From: Enoplolaimus lenunculus
Lineage: Eukaryota
Direction: 5' to 3'
DNA length: 64,000 nucleotides
NCBI GenBank assembly: GCA_030248215.1
Contig: JASANG010001402.1
Coordinates: forward strand, 62,001 to 126,000
Part shown: positions 63,729 to 64,000 of the stretch, piece by piece
How positions within the stretch are numbered: position 1 is the first letter of the stretch
How the letters are laid out: each line of letters begins with the position of its first letter
Made by a program: the position numbers and the translations under genes
The notes under the pieces: model-generated
Databases searched by the model: none
Seen by the model: only the letters and a program-made list of their open reading frames with translations
What the model was told of the DNA's origin: nothing

Positions 63729-63913
63729 GGCCAATGTTACTTTAAGGGGCGTAACAGTAGATTAAGCGTATTCCTAAGCCTAAGCCTAAGCGTTGCAAAA
63801 ATGTGTTCCTAAGCCTAAGCCTAAGCCTAAGCAAAAAATGTAATCTAGAATCTAAACCTACTGTTTTATAGACCCACAAGAAACTTCGGACGCCCCTTAA
63901 AGTAACATGAGCC
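63729..63913. mobile_element. TTAGGC-repeat MITE family A, best-preserved copy
   Basis: Perfect 19-bp TIR atgttactttaaggggcgt / acgccccttaaagtaacat with internal (gcctaa)n blocks. Confidence 0.85.
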
Positions 63914-64000
63914 AAAAGTTCAAACGAATATTTCTTGTTTTGCCAACTGAAATCGTTTTAACCTCCCGGACGAAAATCCCAAAAACGTTGGTTTGACCCC

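Overview
AT-rich, intron-rich animal genomic DNA, possibly from a nematode (inferred only from TTAGGC repeats and TTTTCAG-like acceptors). I reconstructed four spliced genes by hand, with GT-AG introns and matching phases. (1) A very large TRIM/RBCC protein on the minus strand (RING, two B-boxes, coiled coil, polyQ tracts, 9-aa repeat array; about 2560 aa in the window, running off the left edge). (2) An MBOAT1/2 (Oysgedart-like) lysophospholipid acyltransferase on the minus strand (504 aa). (3) NSA2 on the plus strand (260 aa). (4) A CutA homologue on the plus strand (about 151 aa). A roughly 13 kb forward/reverse/forward triplication of the NSA2-CutA segment has C-depleted, garbled junctions and is most likely a long-read fold-back assembly artefact. 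A complete 2.2 kb piggyBac element has TTAA duplications, TIRs and an intact 568-aa transposase. Introns and intergenic DNA are packed with non-autonomous elements: hAT-like MITEs with 8-bp TSDs, two MITE families carrying TTAGGC arrays, a palindromic TTAGGGTAACCCTAA array element, and tRNA-derived repeats, including a fold-back element with a tRNA-like cassette in each arm. I cannot demonstrate a new biological system from sequence alone. The best candidates for novelty are the giant repeat-rich TRIM, the fold-back element with tRNA-like arms, and the telomere-repeat MITEs.
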